Virus record (IMG/VR): IMGVR_UViG_3300031857_000002
Coordinates: 186,001 to 250,000 of that record
Length of the DNA: 64,000 nucleotides
Reading direction: 5' to 3' (one strand)
The position numbers were made by a program, and so were the translations under genes. The notes beneath the pieces were generated by a model. It was not told the origin of the DNA. It did not search any database and was given only the letters and a program-made list of their open reading frames with translations. Positions 61,660-64,000 of this stretch are shown here, piece after piece; within the stretch, counting starts at the first letter, position 1, and the number at the start of each line of letters is the position of its first letter.

Positions 61660-62762
61660 GGTGCGACCTTAGGTGCCTTGTATAACTTAGAATGGTTGGG
61701 AATTAGTGTACCATCAACCCACAGCCCTTTGTCAAGCTCAAAGTCAGCACCGTCGCTGGGAATAGACAGTGCGCCGCCGTTGAGTTTGTACACTTCTCGC
61801 ATGAACTTGAACATACCTTCGGGCACGTTCCAGGTGTTGCTACGACTGATCCATTTGGCATGCCGACTTGCTGATGTTTCCACGTGCTCACTGTTGGCAA
61901 AACTCTGTGACACACCCTTACAAACCTGTAGCATCCAGTCCCGGGGCATTTTCTTGCCCAAGCTGTTGACCACAGTATTCATGTGATACAGGCCAATGTA
62001 AATGCCGTTTTGAATTTTAGATTGCTTGGGCCAAGTTTTGATAATGGCTTCAAGAATCTGTCCGGCTACTTTACCAGTTTTATCTGCGCCCATGGGCTTG
62101 TAAGCATAGTCAAAGTGACTCATGTAAAAGTCTTGACGCTCGGCAGTAGGAATCATTTCTGGTTTTTCTACCAGGTCAATCTTGAGACGATTAAACTGTT
62201 CTTGTAGGTTGTAGGCCGGAATAGTTTCCTCGTCCTGTACACCCAAGGTGTACAAACGAATGTTGTTGCGGTGGAAATCTGGCTTGCCAATTTTCTTGAC
62301 CACACTGTTGCTGGTGCGGAATGCGTAGCTGGGAAATTTAGGATCATCGTCCACAACCACAGTGACATAGATCTCGTCAAAGCCCAGGATGGCCAGGGTC
62401 ACACAACGATGTTGGGCATCGTACACAAACAGTCGTTTGAACTTGTAAATGTGTTTGACAGTATCTACCAGTTCTACCAAATCTGGGTAGGTGTTACAAG
62501 CCGCTGGCTGGCAGATGCGATTGTCCCACTTGGCCAGTAGTGCCAAAATTGTTTTGATAATGACGTCTCGTTGTACTTCGTAGTCAATCCAGATAATTGA
62601 TACGGGTACCCGGATTCCGCCTAATGGGAATCCATATCCTGAGTTAAAAACACGGCTTCGCAGTTGTGCGAGTTGTTGGTCAGTGACGCCATGTTCGTTC
62701 TTGAGCTTGTCAAGAATTTCTACAGCAACATCTGACAGAGAGCGCGAAATTCGCTTTATCAT
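61656..62762 (-). CDS. ParB/Srx-superfamily (DGQHR/DUF262-like) protein
   Basis: IDYEVQRD and VYDAQHRCVTL motifs. Confidence 0.55.
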   Translation of the reverse strand: MIKRISRSLSDVAVEILDKLKNEHGVTDQQLAQLRSRVFNSGYGFPLGGIRVPVSIIWIDYEVQRDVIIKTILALLAKWDNRICQPAACNTYPDLVELVDTVKHIYKFKRLFVYDAQHRCVTLAILGFDEIYVTVVVDDDPKFPSYAFRTSNSVVKKIGKPDFHRNNIRLYTLGVQDEETIPAYNLQEQFNRLKIDLVEKPEMIPTAERQDFYMSHFDYAYKPMGADKTGKVAGQILEAIIKTWPKQSKIQNGIYIGLYHMNTVVNSLGKKMPRDWMLQVCKGVSQSFANSEHVETSASRHAKWISRSNTWNVPEGMFKFMREVYKLNGGALSIPSDGADFELDKGLWVDGTLIPNHSKLYKAPKVAP

Positions 62763-62812
62763 ATGTGAGTTCCAAGTTGGTTAATAATGTGTAGCGTTAG
62801 GCTACATGATGA

Positions 62813-62841
62813 ATTATACTTGAACTAGGAATTGTTGTCAA
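62813..62841 (-). promoter_or_regulatory. Consensus sigma70 promoter for the ParB-like operon
   Basis: TTGACA-N17-TATAAT; the -35 overlaps the MTase stop codon. Confidence 0.8.
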
Positions 62842-63737
62842 GCAGTTTCGTACTCAAATAATCTCTCAGCAGGAGGTGCGTTATCATAGTGATCCTCAAT
62901 GCGACGACGACTGATATCAACATAGTGCTGGCTCATGTCAATTCCAACAAAGTTACAGCCTTCTTTTAAAGAACCAATGCCAGTGGATCCAGATCCCATA
63001 AACGGATCTAGTACTAGGCCGCCTTTTGGGGCATATACCCTGGCCAAGTATCTCATGAGGTCAATGGGTTTGGGAGTGGGATGGTCATTGTATTCGCCTC
63101 GTTCCTTGCGTGTGGCACGTGGCGCATAAAAGTATTTTTGGTGGTCAGGTTCATCAAAGTGGCCAATAATATTACTAGGGTATCTGCCGTTGGGGTTGGC
63201 ATCTTCAGTTTCTTTCACAGCCTGTTCAGATGCCTTGGCTACGTCACCACCAAATGCTCTACGTTTGCTACCGCCCTTGACCCAACCTGTAGGAGGCTTG
63301 CCGTCCCACGGCACCCGTGTTGTAGTTGTATTAATTTGACCACATCCCCATTTCTCAAAGTTGGCTTTGATAGATCCTTCTAGTGGCTTTTGTGCTACAA
63401 AGATAGGTTCGTGTGCGGGTTTGAGTCGATTGGCTTTGGCCATCTTGGTAGTGACCATCCATACCACCATGTCAAGTGGTCGGAAGCCTGCATCCTCAAC
63501 GTTCACTGCCATACGGTGATAGAATTCTGGAGCACAGAATGACAACACAAACGCACCCGGCTTGAGCACTCGGTAAACTTCCTGCCAAGTTTCAACTGGT
63601 GGCACGTCATGATCCCAACCTACACCAGCAATTTCCATTCCGTAAGGTGGATCCGTGATGCAGGCGTCAATAGAATTTTCTGCCATGGTTTGCATGGCTG
63701 TGATGTTGTTGGAGCAGATTAAGTTGTATGTGTTCAT
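62838..63737 (-). CDS. DNA amino-methyltransferase (N6A/N4C), beta class
   Basis: ITDPPY (motif IV) before HPTPKP and DPFMGSGST (motif I). Confidence 0.92.
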   Translation of the reverse strand: MNTYNLICSNNITAMQTMAENSIDACITDPPYGMEIAGVGWDHDVPPVETWQEVYRVLKPGAFVLSFCAPEFYHRMAVNVEDAGFRPLDMVVWMVTTKMAKANRLKPAHEPIFVAQKPLEGSIKANFEKWGCGQINTTTTRVPWDGKPPTGWVKGGSKRRAFGGDVAKASEQAVKETEDANPNGRYPSNIIGHFDEPDHQKYFYAPRATRKERGEYNDHPTPKPIDLMRYLARVYAPKGGLVLDPFMGSGSTGIGSLKEGCNFVGIDMSQHYVDISRRRIEDHYDNAPPAERLFEYETA

Positions 63738-63744
63738 ATGTTAT

Positions 63745-63996
63745 TTACAGATTTTTAAGAATGTTGATTACATTTTGTTCACGGCGGGTACGATCAAGAC
63801 CGTTGCAGGTCTTTCTGTACCAATCATTGTTGCCTTTGCCCCATCCAACGATACCTCGCAAACTAGGTCGGCTGGCACATTCTTGAACATCTTTGTCATA
63901 CCCATCAACGGTGCGAATTTCTTTCACAAACTCGGCGTACTTTGCTAAAACTTTGTTGTAGTAATTGTAGGTTTTGTCATTCATCAGGTCTGCCAT
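63745..63996 (-). CDS. Hypothetical protein
   Basis: 83-aa ORF at the window edge. Confidence 0.5.
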   Translation of the reverse strand: MADLMNDKTYNYYNKVLAKYAEFVKEIRTVDGYDKDVQECASRPSLRGIVGWGKGNNDWYRKTCNGLDRTRREQNVINILKNL

Positions 63997-64000
63997 TTGA

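Noticed and set aside
1-64000. Alternative genetic code (stop-codon reassignment seen in some jumbo phages)
   Set aside because: Known proteins (ClpA, NadE, PhoH, fibres) are full length in code 11, and TAA, TGA and TAG all end genes.

Overview
This 64 kb window comes from a large, T4-like/jumbo lytic dsDNA bacteriophage. It is densely coded, mostly on the minus strand, and uses the standard code. I found no tRNA, rRNA, CRISPR array, integrase or transposase. A Bug/TctC solute-binding protein tentatively points to a Betaproteobacteria (Burkholderiales) host. In window order: (1) a >1317-aa nucleotidyltransferase/HExxH/amidoligase protein that runs off the left edge and is absent from the supplied ORF track, then a glycosyltransferase, a radical SAM enzyme and an HxGH nucleotidyltransferase; (2) ClpA and DnaJ; (3) a lysis region (holin-like gene, GH19 endolysin, Rz with embedded Rz1) with a kinase-like gene inside it; (4) a tailoring-enzyme cluster (amidinotransferase, APS kinase-HxGH fusion, sulfotransferase-like, SGNH-like, 2OG-Fe-like, methyltransferase, Bug); (5) probable internal head proteins with T4 capsid-targeting-like N-termini and hydrophobic-x-Glu-delimited modules; (6) PhoH, a HAD nucleotidase, a clamp loader, GroES and a non-catalytic DnaE fragment; (7) tail/baseplate/fibre genes; (8) ErpA, SOD, IF-1, SleB, NadE and an Hc1-like histone; (9) an array of single-gene early cassettes with repeated sigma70 promoters; (10) a B12 radical SAM enzyme and a DNA methyltransferase next to a ParB-like plus EHxxP pair. 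Two promoter classes are visible directly in the DNA: TTGAC(A/C)-N17-TATAAT, and a TAA(A/G)TA motif that often lies only 4-8 nt before an ATG with no Shine-Dalgarno. The most promising candidate systems are a virion-packaged enzyme cargo system, a PAPS/amidino tailoring cluster, a split GmrSD-like module and leaderless late translation. All family assignments are motif recognition by eye; no database search was run.
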